From an uncultured Bradyrhizobium sp. (GTDB lineage Bacteria; Pseudomonadota; Alphaproteobacteria; Rhizobiales; Xanthobacteraceae): a stretch of 64,000 nt of DNA. The stretch lies in the NCBI RefSeq assembly GCF_936943645.1, contig NZ_CAKZJO010000101.1, positions 28,127 through 92,126 of the forward strand, in the 5' to 3' direction. A program made the position numbers and the translations under genes. Shown one piece after another: positions 30,261-40,462 of this stretch. The notes below the pieces were generated by a model that was not told the origin of the DNA, did not search any database, and saw only the letters and a program-made list of their open reading frames with translations. Positions within the stretch are counted from its first letter, which is position 1. The number at the start of each line of letters is the position of its first letter.

Positions 30261-31864
30261 GCTTCCACCGCACGGCCCTTGAGCGCGAACAGGCCGCGCG
30301 GGCGTTTTTGAATGAACAGGATGATGAGAACGAGGATCGCGATCTTGCCGAGCACGGCGCCGGCGACCGGCTCCAGGAACTTGTTGGCGATGCCGAGCGT
30401 GAAGGCGCCGACCAGCGTGCCCCACAGATTACCCACACCGCCGAACACCACGACCATGAAACTGTCGATGATGTAGCTCTGGCCGAGATTGGGGCTGACA
30501 TTGTCGATCTGCGACAACGCCACGCCGGCGATGCCGGCAATGCCCGAGCCGAGGCCAAAGGTCAGCGCGTCGACGCGCGAGGTGGCGATGCCCATCGACG
30601 CCGCCATGCGGCGGTTCTGCGTCACCGCGCGCATCTCGAGACCGAGCGCGGTGTAGCGCAGCATCGCGAGCAGGATCGCGAACACCGCGAGCGTGAAGAC
30701 AAGGATCCAGAGCCTGTTGTAGGTGATGGTGATCTGACCGAGTTCGAACGCGCCGCTCATCCAGGAGGGATTGCCGACCTCGCGGTTTGTCGGGCCGAAC
30801 ATGGTGCGCACTGCCTGCTGCAGCACCAGCGACAGGCCCCAGGTCGCCAGCAGCGTCTCCAGCGGACGGCCGTAGAGGAAGCGGATGATGCTGCGCTCGA
30901 TCAACACGCCGATGGCGCCGGCGACGAGGAAGGCGAGCGGCACCGCGATCAGCAACGAGTAGTCGAACAGAGCGGGGTAGCGGGTGCGGATCACCTCCTG
31001 CACCACGAAGGTGGTGTAGGCCCCGATCATCACCATCTCGCCATGGGCCATATTGATGACCCCCATCACGCCGAAGGTGATGGCGAGCCCGATGGCGGCG
31101 AGCAGCAGCACCGAGCCGAGCGAGAGGCCGTACCAGGCGTTCTGCACGCCGGACCAGACCGCGAGCGAGGACTGGATCGAGCTGATGGCACTGGCCGCAG
31201 CCTTGGTCACCGAGGCCGGCTGGTCGCCCATGCCGGTGAGCAGCGCCATCGCTTCCTGGTCGCCGCGCGCCTTGAGGGTCGCGACCGCCTCGAGCTTCTC
31301 GACCTCGGTGGCGTCGGACTTGAACAGCAGGATGGCGGCGCGGGCGTCGCCGAGCGCAGCCTTGACGGACCTGTTGGTTTCCTTGGCGAGCGCGGCGTCG
31401 ACGGCCTCGAGCGCAGTCTCCTCATGCGACTTGAACACGGACTGCGCAGCTTGCAGGCGCGTTCCGACATCCGGCGACTGCAGCGTCAGGCTGCCGAGCG
31501 CGGCATCGACGCTGCGGCGCAGGCGGTTGTTGAGGCGGACCGCGCTCGCGCTGTCGGGAACGCTGGCGACCGCCTCGCCGGTCGCGGCATCGATCGACTT
31601 GCCGTCGGTGCCGGTGACGTAAACCTTCTTGCTGTCGGGGTCGGCCATGAGGCGGCCGTCCTGAAGCGCGCTGATGATGGGGAAAGCCAGCTTGTTGCCG
31701 CTGCTCGCGACTACGCCGATCGCCTCTTCGGTGTCGGAGAAATCGTCATTGGCAAATTTGGCGACCCCGTCCTCGAACGGACCGGCGAAGGCCGGCAGCG
31801 CGAACGCGATCAGGAGTAACGAGAGCGCAAGCGCACAGAGGCGCGCGGACAAATGGGCTGGCAC
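30257..31864 (-). CDS. urtB: Urea ABC transporter permease UrtB with a long N-terminal periplasmic extension
   Basis: The C-terminal LivH-like permease has INMAHGEMVMIGAY. It is preceded by a soluble extension of about 240 aa behind a signal-like segment LCALALSLLLIAFALPAFA. The start is uncertain: GTG 31864 lies after the intercistronic hairpin, while the TTG 31930 used by the track lies within the hairpin-flanking region. Confidence 0.85.
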   Translation of the reverse strand: MPAHLSARLCALALSLLLIAFALPAFAGPFEDGVAKFANDDFSDTEEAIGVVASSGNKLAFPIISALQDGRLMADPDSKKVYVTGTDGKSIDAATGEAVASVPDSASAVRLNNRLRRSVDAALGSLTLQSPDVGTRLQAAQSVFKSHEETALEAVDAALAKETNRSVKAALGDARAAILLFKSDATEVEKLEAVATLKARGDQEAMALLTGMGDQPASVTKAAASAISSIQSSLAVWSGVQNAWYGLSLGSVLLLAAIGLAITFGVMGVINMAHGEMVMIGAYTTFVVQEVIRTRYPALFDYSLLIAVPLAFLVAGAIGVLIERSIIRFLYGRPLETLLATWGLSLVLQQAVRTMFGPTNREVGNPSWMSGAFELGQITITYNRLWILVFTLAVFAILLAMLRYTALGLEMRAVTQNRRMAASMGIATSRVDALTFGLGSGIAGIAGVALSQIDNVSPNLGQSYIIDSFMVVVFGGVGNLWGTLVGAFTLGIANKFLEPVAGAVLGKIAILVLIILFIQKRPRGLFALKGRAVEA

Positions 31865-31890
31865 TGTGAAAGACCCCGGCAGAAATGGGC

Positions 31891-31920
31891 GGAGAAGGCG
31901 GCGGGATCGCCGCCTTCTCC
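31891..31920 (-). promoter_or_regulatory. Perfect 13-bp intercistronic stem-loop between urtA and urtB
   Basis: The sequence ggagaaggcggcg-ggat-cgccgccttctcc has arms that are exact reverse complements. It lies 29 nt downstream of the urtA stop. Confidence 0.6.
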
Positions 31921-31948
31921 GATCGTGCAATGGAGCGTCAGATCGAGA

Positions 31949-33271
31949 TCAGGAACCCGAACCGAGGCACTTGTTGGTCTTGGTGTTGAAGTTGCCGCAC
32001 TTCTTGCCGACCCAGTCGCCGATCAGGTCCTTGGAGCCGTCGAGTTCCTTCGACCAGGCGTCGCCCGGAACGAGGCTCGGGGTCTTCCAGACCACGTCGA
32101 ACTGGCCGTTCGCCTTGATCTCGCCGATGAACACCGGCTTGGTGATGTGGTGGTTCGGCAGCATCTTCGACACGCCACCGGTCAGGTTCGGCGCCTCGAT
32201 GCCGGGAAGCGCATCGATCACCTTGTCCGGATCGGTCGACTTCACCTTCTCGACCGCCTTTACCCACATGTTGAAGCCGATCACGTGCGCTTCCATCGGA
32301 TCGTTGGTCACGCGCTTCGGATTCTTGGTGTAGGCCTGCCAGTCCTTGATGAACTTCTCGTTCGCCGGGTTCTTGATCGACTCGAAGTAGTTCCACGCGG
32401 CGAGATGGCCGACCAGCGGCTTGGTGTCGATGCCGGCGAGTTCTTCTTCGCCGACCGAGAACGCCACCACCGGGATGTCCTTCGCCTTGATGCCCTGGTT
32501 GCCGAGTTCCTTGTAGAAGGGAACGTTGGCGTCGCCGTTGATGGTCGAGACCACCGCGGTCTTCTTGCCGGCCGAGCCGAACTTCTTGATGTCGGCGACG
32601 ATCGTCTGCCAGTCGGAGTGACCGAACGGCGTGTAGTTGATCATGATGTCTTCCTGGGCGACACCCTTGGACTTCAGATAGGCTTCCAGGATCTTGTTGG
32701 TGGTGCGCGGATAGACGTAGTCGGTGCCGGCGAGCACCCAGCGCTTCACCTTCTCTTCCTTCATCAGATAGTCGACGGCGGGGATCGCCTGCTGGTTCGG
32801 CGCAGCACCCGTGTAGAACACGTTACGCTCGCTCTCCTCACCCTCGTACTGCACGGGATAGAACAGGATGCTGTTCAGCTCCTTGAACACCGGCAGCACG
32901 GACTTGCGCGACACCGAGGTCCAGCAGCCGAACACGACCGAGACCTTGTCCTTGGTGATGAGTTCGCGGGCCTTCTCGGCGAATAGCGGCCAGTTCGAGG
33001 CGGGGTCGACGACGACGGCTTCGAGCTTCTTGCCGTTCACGCCGCCCTTCTTGTTCTGCTCGTCGATCAGGAAGAGGATGGTGTCCTTCAGCGTGGTTTC
33101 GCTGATGGCCATGGTGCCGGAAAGGGAGTGCAGCACGCCGACCTTGATGGTGTCGTCGGCAGCCTTCGCGCCAGTGAATGAAGCCAGACCGAGCATCAGA
33201 CCGGCGGTCGCGGCGAGCACGCCGCGGCGGCTCAATGACGCCGCTATATCGTGAGTAGATTTGCTAAACAT
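31949..33271 (-). CDS. urtA: Urea ABC transporter substrate-binding protein UrtA
   Basis: The Tat-type leader is SRRGVLAATAGLMLGLASFTGAKA. The body is LivK-like (IKVGVLHSLSGTMAISE...VFGCWTS). The track ORF is over-extended to 33367 and was trimmed to ATG 33271. Confidence 0.9.
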   Translation of the reverse strand: MFSKSTHDIAASLSRRGVLAATAGLMLGLASFTGAKAADDTIKVGVLHSLSGTMAISETTLKDTILFLIDEQNKKGGVNGKKLEAVVVDPASNWPLFAEKARELITKDKVSVVFGCWTSVSRKSVLPVFKELNSILFYPVQYEGEESERNVFYTGAAPNQQAIPAVDYLMKEEKVKRWVLAGTDYVYPRTTNKILEAYLKSKGVAQEDIMINYTPFGHSDWQTIVADIKKFGSAGKKTAVVSTINGDANVPFYKELGNQGIKAKDIPVVAFSVGEEELAGIDTKPLVGHLAAWNYFESIKNPANEKFIKDWQAYTKNPKRVTNDPMEAHVIGFNMWVKAVEKVKSTDPDKVIDALPGIEAPNLTGGVSKMLPNHHITKPVFIGEIKANGQFDVVWKTPSLVPGDAWSKELDGSKDLIGDWVGKKCGNFNTKTNKCLGSGS

Positions 33272-33345
33272 GAGTGTCTCATCTCCCTGACGCAGACGTG
33301 AAAAACGCTGCGAAACGGCCCCACGGCCGCCTGCGATTAACGGAT

Positions 33346-33362
33346 TCGCAAGAACCGTGCCA
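33346..33362 (-). promoter_or_regulatory. Sigma-54 (-24/-12) promoter upstream of urtA
   Basis: The minus strand reads TGGCACGgttcTTGCg, with the correct GG-N10-GC spacing. The -12 element lies about 75 nt upstream of the urtA ATG. Confidence 0.6.
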
Positions 33363-33775
33363 TGCAATGAGCACCCATCAAGTCATTGATTGTCCTCAAG
33401 TAATCCGCCGAAAACAAAGTTTCGCCGCAGCGGCGGAGCCCAAATCTTAGGCATATGAAATGTATGCCAAAGCGGCAGGCGGGTTAGTTTTTGAGCAAAT
33501 CGTCTCCTCTGGCTAAATTTCCGGCATAACTATTTTTGCACTGCGATCGCCAATTGGCGCGCGTGTGCCTTGAAAGCGCCCCCTCGATGTTCCATATGAA
33601 CGGCCGAGACCTCTTGCGAATCAAGGGGTCGTAGCGAGCCGCGTGTTCTTAAGCCCTCTACGGGCCTCTGGCTTGCCCCATATCTCCCAAGCCATCCGAC
33701 ACCCCAAACACGCAGGTGTCTTCACGACACCCTTTTGCGCGCGCCGCGCTGATGCGCCGGGCGCTCGCTTTTGAC

Positions 33776-35368
<1,593 letters not shown>

Positions 35369-35392
35369 CAGTCCACGACTGGAGACACCCAC

Positions 35393-35680
35393 ATGGCTAA
35401 GGAAGAGCTGATCCAGTTCGAAGGACTGGTCACCGAAATCCTCCCCGACGCCCGCTACCGCGTGCAGCTCGACGCCGGACACGAGATCGTCGCCTATACC
35501 GCCGGCAAGATGAAGAAGAACCGCATCAAGACGCTGGCGGGCGACCGCGTGACGGTGGAGATGTCGCCCTACGACCTCGAGAAGGGCCGGCTGATTTTCC
35601 GTCACAAGGACGAACGTCCCAGCGGCGTGGGCGGACCGCCCCGTCCCGGTCAGCGCGGCGGCCAGTTCCGTCGTCGCTAA
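35393..35680 (+). CDS. infA: Translation initiation factor IF-1 homologue with a 23-aa RG-rich C-terminal extension (95 aa)
   Basis: The S1-fold sequence is [72 protein letters not shown]. The extension is [31 protein letters not shown] is present, and the gene starts 24 nt after the helicase stop. Confidence 0.85.
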   Translation: MAKEELIQFEGLVTEILPDARYRVQLDAGHEIVAYTAGKMKKNRIKTLAGDRVTVEMSPYDLEKGRLIFRHKDERPSGVGGPPRPGQRGGQFRRR

Positions 35681-35727
35681 CCCATCGCTGGCGGGCAGGC
35701 GGCAGCTGGAATTCCGACCTGGATGCG

Positions 35728-35755
35728 GATCCGCCGTGGAACGCCACGGCGGATC
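35728..35755 (+). other. Strong 12-bp stem-loop downstream of infA (no U-tract)
   Basis: The sequence is gatccgccgtgg-aacg-ccacggcggatc followed by aaaaaa. It may be an RNA-stability element, or a terminator for the opposite direction. Confidence 0.4.
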
Positions 35756-35955
35756 AAAAAATCGTGTGCGTCCGGATTGTTTTGAGGCCCCAATTCCGAT
35801 AAAAGGAAATTATCGATTTTCGGCCGGACGACATTAGCATCCACCGGTACAGCCGGTTCAGACACGCTGACGACCCTTCCAAAAATTCGATCCAACCGGC
35901 CCGCGCGAGCGGGCTCTGACACTGTGTTATCTGAGAAGGGACTACCCCCGTGAGC

Positions 35956-36162
35956 ATGGGAACCGTGAAGTGGTTTAACGCAACCAAGGGCTTCGGCTTC
36001 ATTCAGCCCGACGATGGCGGCCAGGACGTGTTCGTCCACATCAGCGCCGTCGAGCGTGCTGGCCTCGGCACGCTGCGTGAAGGCCAGAAGATCTCCTACG
36101 AGGTCGTGGCCGACCGCCGCTCCGGCAAGTCGGCAGCGGACAACCTCCGCGCCGCAGGCTGA
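35956..36162 (+). CDS. cspA: Cold-shock protein CspA family
   Basis: Sequence [32 protein letters not shown] contains the RNP1 and RNP2 motifs. A GTG at 35950 is also in frame. Confidence 0.9.
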   Translation: MGTVKWFNATKGFGFIQPDDGGQDVFVHISAVERAGLGTLREGQKISYEVVADRRSGKSAADNLRAAG

Positions 36163-36204
36163 ACCTGTCGGGCCCCTGGCCCGATCGGCTCGCGAGAAAG
36201 CAAG

Positions 36205-36232
36205 AAGGCCGTGCGCAACGCACGGCCTTTTT
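36205..36232. terminator. Intrinsic terminator after cspA, possibly bidirectional with the convergent tadE-like gene
   Basis: An 11-bp stem aaggccgtgcg-caa-cgcacggcctt is followed by ttttt. Confidence 0.7.
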
Positions 36233-36256
36233 CATTTCAGGTCCGGACCATGGGCC

Positions 36257-36871
36257 TCAGCACGAGGACGGCACGCCGTTATAGGGCACGCAGGCAACCT
36301 GACGCGGCCGCGTGTAGGACAGATCGCTCAACTGGATACTCGACTTCAACACGTAGCCCACGGTCGGCTTGTAAGTGTAGCTCGCCTCGCTGAGGATCAG
36401 GTAGGTCGAGGGAACGAGCAGGGTCGCAGGAATCTCGCTGGTCACCTTGTCCCCGGCCTTGCGACCCGAGGTCGCCAGCGTCGCTTGCGTGGCGCCGCTG
36501 GCGATGGTGCCGGCCTTGCTCCACTGCACCGTGGCGATCTTGTCGGCATCGATATAGATCTGGGAGATCGAGCCTTTCACGAGAGACGCATCGTAAGGCA
36601 TGATGATCGAGATGCTCGCCGTGAATGAGTTCTGCATGTCGGAATCGGCAAGCGTCGTCGACTGCGACGTCAGATCGGACAGCGTTCGCGCAATCAGCGT
36701 GACCTTGCGATCGATCGCAATGGCCGACGAGAATTCGACCGTGCCGAAGAACATCACCAGCATCAGCGGGACGATGACCGCGAATTCGGTCGCCGCGAGC
36801 GCGCGCTTGTCGGCGAGGAAGTCGCGCACCGAGCGACGGGCCTTCCTCGAGAAATTTGCAATGGCCTGCAT
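36257..36871 (-). CDS. TadE/TadG-family pilus pseudopilin-like protein
   Basis: The N-terminus RSVRDFLADKRALAATEFAVIVPLMLVMFFGTVEFS is a TadE-like prepilin-type segment. The start is ATG 36871 or 36889. The track ORF fuses it to upstream out-of-context sequence. Confidence 0.7.
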   Translation of the reverse strand: MQAIANFSRKARRSVRDFLADKRALAATEFAVIVPLMLVMFFGTVEFSSAIAIDRKVTLIARTLSDLTSQSTTLADSDMQNSFTASISIIMPYDASLVKGSISQIYIDADKIATVQWSKAGTIASGATQATLATSGRKAGDKVTSEIPATLLVPSTYLILSEASYTYKPTVGYVLKSSIQLSDLSYTRPRQVACVPYNGVPSSC

Positions 36872-36894
36872 TGGTGCGCCCGGATCCATCTGCG

Positions 36895-37476
36895 TCAGAA
36901 CGGTTCGTTCTTGAAGGCCGCGGTCGCCACCAGCAGCCGCTTGCTGCTGCAACCGATGTTGTAACCGAGGCCGGTGACGAAGAGCGGCCACTGATAGAAC
37001 ATCCGGACCACGACGACCTGGCTGGCGCTGCCGGGATTGTATTGCACGCCGGCCGGGTTGAAGCTGCAGGAATCGCCGTAACTGGGCAGGCTCAGCGTCG
37101 TGAAGGACGTGGTGCTCACCACGTCGACGTAAAGCTTGCTGCAATCGAACAGCGCCGGGATCTGGGTGCAGACATAGGCCTTGAACGTCGTCTGGTCGCA
37201 CGCCGAAATCACATTGGGCGTGGTCTGGCAGGCCGCCACCGAACCTCCTTGCGCTTGCGCCTGGCCGGTCAAAATGGCGCGCGCGGAATTCTGCGTGACG
37301 GTTTCGAGCACCTGGCCGGCGAAGAACACCATTGCCGTCTCGATGATGGCGAACAGCAGCCCGAAGAAGATCGGAGCGACCAGCGCGAACTCGACCGCCG
37401 CGGAGCCGCGGCGGCTGCCGCGAAACCGCCATAGCGCTTTGCGGAGCGTGAACCTGGTCGATGGAGGCGATGGCAT
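36895..37476 (-). CDS. TadE-like pilus assembly protein
   Basis: Contains GSAAVEFALVAPIFFGLLFAIIETAMVFFAGQVLE, a TadE N-terminal motif. Confidence 0.75.
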   Translation of the reverse strand: MPSPPSTRFTLRKALWRFRGSRRGSAAVEFALVAPIFFGLLFAIIETAMVFFAGQVLETVTQNSARAILTGQAQAQGGSVAACQTTPNVISACDQTTFKAYVCTQIPALFDCSKLYVDVVSTTSFTTLSLPSYGDSCSFNPAGVQYNPGSASQVVVVRMFYQWPLFVTGLGYNIGCSSKRLLVATAAFKNEPF

Positions 37477-37573
37477 CGCGTCAATTCCTGAAGCAGCGGC
37501 GATTATCTGCGATCAATAGCTAAAACTGATTGTTTAAGTGTTGCAGGCGATTCACGCTCCCCTGACCGCACCG

Positions 37574-37589
37574 TTAAGGATGCGTTAAC
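37574..37589. promoter_or_regulatory. Perfect CtrA-type binding box TTAA-N7-TTAAC
   Basis: TTAAggatgcgTTAAC was read directly. It lies about 100 nt upstream of the tadE-like ATG at 37476. Confidence 0.5.
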
Positions 37590-37682
37590 CGCGCAGACCG
37601 CGAGACTACGGGAGAACGCGCGCAAACAGACGTCGCCCTGGCGTCCGAAACGCCAAGGCGCGATCAGGTGCAGACGATCCGG

Positions 37683-38180
37683 CTAATTGGTCTTGGCGCC
37701 CGCTCCGGCATTGCCGCTGGCATTGTTGCTCAGCGAACCGGCCTGGCTCATCGTGTTGTTGAAGTAGGCGTCGCTGTCGCCCAGCGTCACGCGCCGCTGG
37801 CAAATCGGCACGCAGCTGTAGGACTCGCGCTCGACCCCACGATAGACCGTCACGAGCCGGTCGCTCGGACCTTCGACCTGGATCTGGCGGTCGACCAGGA
37901 TCTCGCCGGCCCGGTCCAAAGCGATGAAATTGGTGGCCCCGTAGCCCTTGCCGGTCACGACGATCATGCCGCCGGGCTGGAGCGTGACGTCGGCGATCAG
38001 GGGATTGCCGACCACGATGGTCGCCACCTTGCCGGGCAGCCGCACCAGCTTGGCCTGGTCGACGCTGACGGCGATGGTATCGACTGTAGGTTCGGCCAGG
38101 CCGGCCGCCGGCGATGCCAGCACAGCGGCGGCAACCAGAAGACAGACGCGCGCCTGACGGCGCAGCAACTCTTTACGCAT
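37683..38180 (-). CDS. Pilus-formation protein N-terminal-domain protein (CpaC-N-like, secreted)
   Basis: It has a signal peptide plus LVRLPGKVATIVVGNPLIADVTLQPGGMIVVTGKGYGATNFIALD, which resembles the N-terminal beta-domain of CpaC/RcpC-type proteins. Confidence 0.65.
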   Translation of the reverse strand: MRKELLRRQARVCLLVAAAVLASPAAGLAEPTVDTIAVSVDQAKLVRLPGKVATIVVGNPLIADVTLQPGGMIVVTGKGYGATNFIALDRAGEILVDRQIQVEGPSDRLVTVYRGVERESYSCVPICQRRVTLGDSDAYFNNTMSQAGSLSNNASGNAGAGAKTN

Positions 38181-38336
38181 ACTCTTACCCCCGGGACGTC
38201 ACAAACCGGCAGAAGCGAACAGATGACAGCGGAGCCGGTGCCCGACCCGGCTAACCTGCCTTTAATTCATGAACGTTCCGCAAATTCGCCGGCGATTGTT
38301 TGAACGGACCGGCTATTTGCGGCCCCAAATTCCGCC

Positions 38337-39164
38337 CTATTGGCGGAACGGATAGGCCAACTGGCCCCCGAACTCCCTCGGCATGGTCGCTTCGTCCTTG
38401 CCGTAGTCCTGAGGCAATTGCCCTTCCGGCATGCGGAAGGTGCCGAACAGCACATCCCAGATCGGAAACGTGCCGGCGAAATTGGTGTCACCGCCCTCCT
38501 GGAGCGAGGTGTGGTGCCAGCGGTGAAACACCGGCGTCGCCAGCAGGTATTTGAAGGGTCCGAAGGTCCAGTTCAGGTTGGCGTGCACGAAGGCCGAATG
38601 GAAGGTGGTGAACGGGCCGACCCAGATCATGACGTTCGGGGAAATGCCGGCCATCAGCAGCACCACGTCGACGCTGATCGTGCCGAGCACGAGATTGACG
38701 GGATGGAAACGGGCCGCCGAAATCCAGCCGATCTCCACCGACGAATGATGGACGGCGTGATACTTCCAGAAGCCGCCGCCGTGAAACAGCCGGTGCACCC
38801 AATAGAGCATGAAATCGGACAGCACCAGGAACAGCGCGCCCTGCACCCACAGCGGCAGCTCCGACAGCGGACCGTGGCCGTTATCGTAGAAGGCGATGAG
38901 CCCGTCGGCGTCATGGATGTTGAACACGACGCCGGCGCCGACGATCAGAAGTCCGATCCGCATCGTCCGGGCGAACACCGGAACAAAGAACCAGTAGCAG
39001 ATATCGGTGATGATCTCCCGCTTGCGCCACCACGGTGCGCCGGGATTGCAGGCCCAGAAATGCTCGAGCACGGTGAAGACTGCCGCGAGCACGAAGGTGA
39101 CGGGGATCACCTTGATGATGGTCTCGCCAATCATCAGAGCGACTAGCATGGGCAGGCTCGACAT
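38337..39164 (-). CDS. Fatty acid hydroxylase / sterol desaturase family membrane protein
   Basis: It carries the histidine boxes HRLFH, HAVHH and HRWHH plus 4-5 TM segments. ATG 39164 is preceded by GGAGAGAGG. The track ORF is over-extended. Confidence 0.8.
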   Translation of the reverse strand: MSSLPMLVALMIGETIIKVIPVTFVLAAVFTVLEHFWACNPGAPWWRKREIITDICYWFFVPVFARTMRIGLLIVGAGVVFNIHDADGLIAFYDNGHGPLSELPLWVQGALFLVLSDFMLYWVHRLFHGGGFWKYHAVHHSSVEIGWISAARFHPVNLVLGTISVDVVLLMAGISPNVMIWVGPFTTFHSAFVHANLNWTFGPFKYLLATPVFHRWHHTSLQEGGDTNFAGTFPIWDVLFGTFRMPEGQLPQDYGKDEATMPREFGGQLAYPFRQ

Positions 39165-39432
39165 CGTCGCCTCTCTCCGCGGATTCCGTGCTCTTATGCG
39201 TACTCCGCTAAATTTAAGGGAGGATGAAGCCGCCGCCGCGCCGACGCTGCATCTGGAACCGGGACGATTTGCAGGTGCCGTCTTAAGGCGAAATTCACTC
39301 TGCGCCAAAGCATCGCCCCAGAACCGGGTTTGCTCGATCGAATTAACCCCGCCGAAAGAGCTCGGCTCTCATGGTCATCGGGTCAAAGACGGCGCCGAAC
39401 GAGGCGATCTCACCCCAGATGGAGTTTTGTTC

Positions 39433-39597
39433 ATGAAGAACTTGATTGCGCGTTTCGCGAAGGATGAATCCGGCGCCACCGCTATCGAATACGGTCTGAT
39501 CGCCGCCGGCATCGCGCTGGCCATCATCACCGTCGTCAACAATCTCGGCACCACGCTGAACACCAAGTTCACCTCGATCAGCTCTTCGCTGAAGTAA
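39433..39597 (+). CDS. flp: Flp-family type IVb pilin (54 aa)
   Basis: Sequence MKNLIARFAKDESGATAIEYGLIAAGIALAIITVVNNLGTTL contains the Flp motif G/ATAIEYGLIA. A GGAG RBS lies 8 nt upstream. The gene is hidden inside the longer track ORF 39007-39597. Confidence 0.85.
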   Translation: MKNLIARFAKDESGATAIEYGLIAAGIALAIITVVNNLGTTLNTKFTSISSSLK

Positions 39598-39621
39598 GCA
39601 GGTCAACGAACGACGGCAAAA

Positions 39622-39649
39622 GCCCCGGACCTCCGGGGCCTTTGTTTTT
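39622..39649 (+). terminator. Intrinsic terminator/attenuator after the pilin gene
   Basis: The hairpin gccccgg-acct-ccggggc is followed by ctttgttttt. Confidence 0.6.
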
Positions 39650-39937
39650 CTGAAGACGGCGAGTTCCAGTGGCGTTGCGCAAGTACAGTACCGATGCCGC
39701 AGTCGCGGCGAACGAGGCAGGAGCGCAGGCCGCATCGCCGGTCTATTGGGTCTGCCTTGCCTTGCTGCTTGCAACGGTCGCGCTCGCCGCACGCATTGCC
39801 AGCCTCTGGTGAACACGCGTTCCGCCGGCTTCGGCCCCCGCACGTCCCTTCGGCCCGTTGTCGGTTTGTTTAGCACTGCGGGCTAGCATTCGCCGACGCC
39901 AGTTCCCGCGGCAAACCCAGGCCTCAAGACGCAGCCC

Positions 39938-40462
39938 ATGATCCTCGACCTTGCGCGCCTTCTGCTCTTCCCGGCCCTGATGGCGTTCGCCGCCGCGAGC
40001 GATCTCTTCACCATGACGATCTCGAACCGCGTCTCGCTGGCGCTGGTCGCAGGCTTCTTCGCCCTCGCCTTCGCCGGAGGCATGCCACCTTACGAGATGC
40101 TGAGCCATGTCGGTGCCGGCGCGCTCCTGCTGGTCGTGGCCTTCACCTGCTTTGCGATGGGCTGGATGGGCGGCGGCGACGCCAAGGTCGCGGCCTCCGT
40201 CGCGCTGTGGTTCGGCTTTACCCCCTTGATGGACTTCCTGCTCTACGCCTCGCTGTTCGGCGGCGCGCTGACCCTGCTCCTGCTCCAGTTCCGGCAGTGG
40301 CCGCTGCCCTACGGACTGGCGGGCCAGGCCTGGCTCGCACGGCTGCACGACAAGCAGAGCGGTATCCCCTACGGCATCGCGCTCACGCTCGGCGCGCTGG
40401 TGGTCTACCCGGAGACCGAATGGGTGAAGGCGATCGACCTCGCCCACCTCGCACTGCGCTGA
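39938..40462 (+). CDS. cpaA: Prepilin peptidase CpaA/TadV (A24 family)
   Basis: It has multiple TM segments. The catalytic Asp contexts are AAASDLFTMTISN and GGGDAKVAASVALW. Confidence 0.85.
   Translation: MILDLARLLLFPALMAFAAASDLFTMTISNRVSLALVAGFFALAFAGGMPPYEMLSHVGAGALLLVVAFTCFAMGWMGGGDAKVAASVALWFGFTPLMDFLLYASLFGGALTLLLLQFRQWPLPYGLAGQAWLARLHDKQSGIPYGIALTLGALVVYPETEWVKAIDLAHLALR

Noticed and set aside
28407-31819. Long plus-strand ORFs (634 aa and 503 aa) across urtD, urtC and urtB
   Set aside because: They are antisense shadows of the urt genes. The products are Asp/Arg/Glu/Ala-rich, with no domain signatures.
39343-39876. 177-aa minus-strand ORF across the flp pilin gene and its terminator
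   Set aside because: It is antisense to a textbook Flp pilin with an RBS and terminator, and it has no supporting signals.
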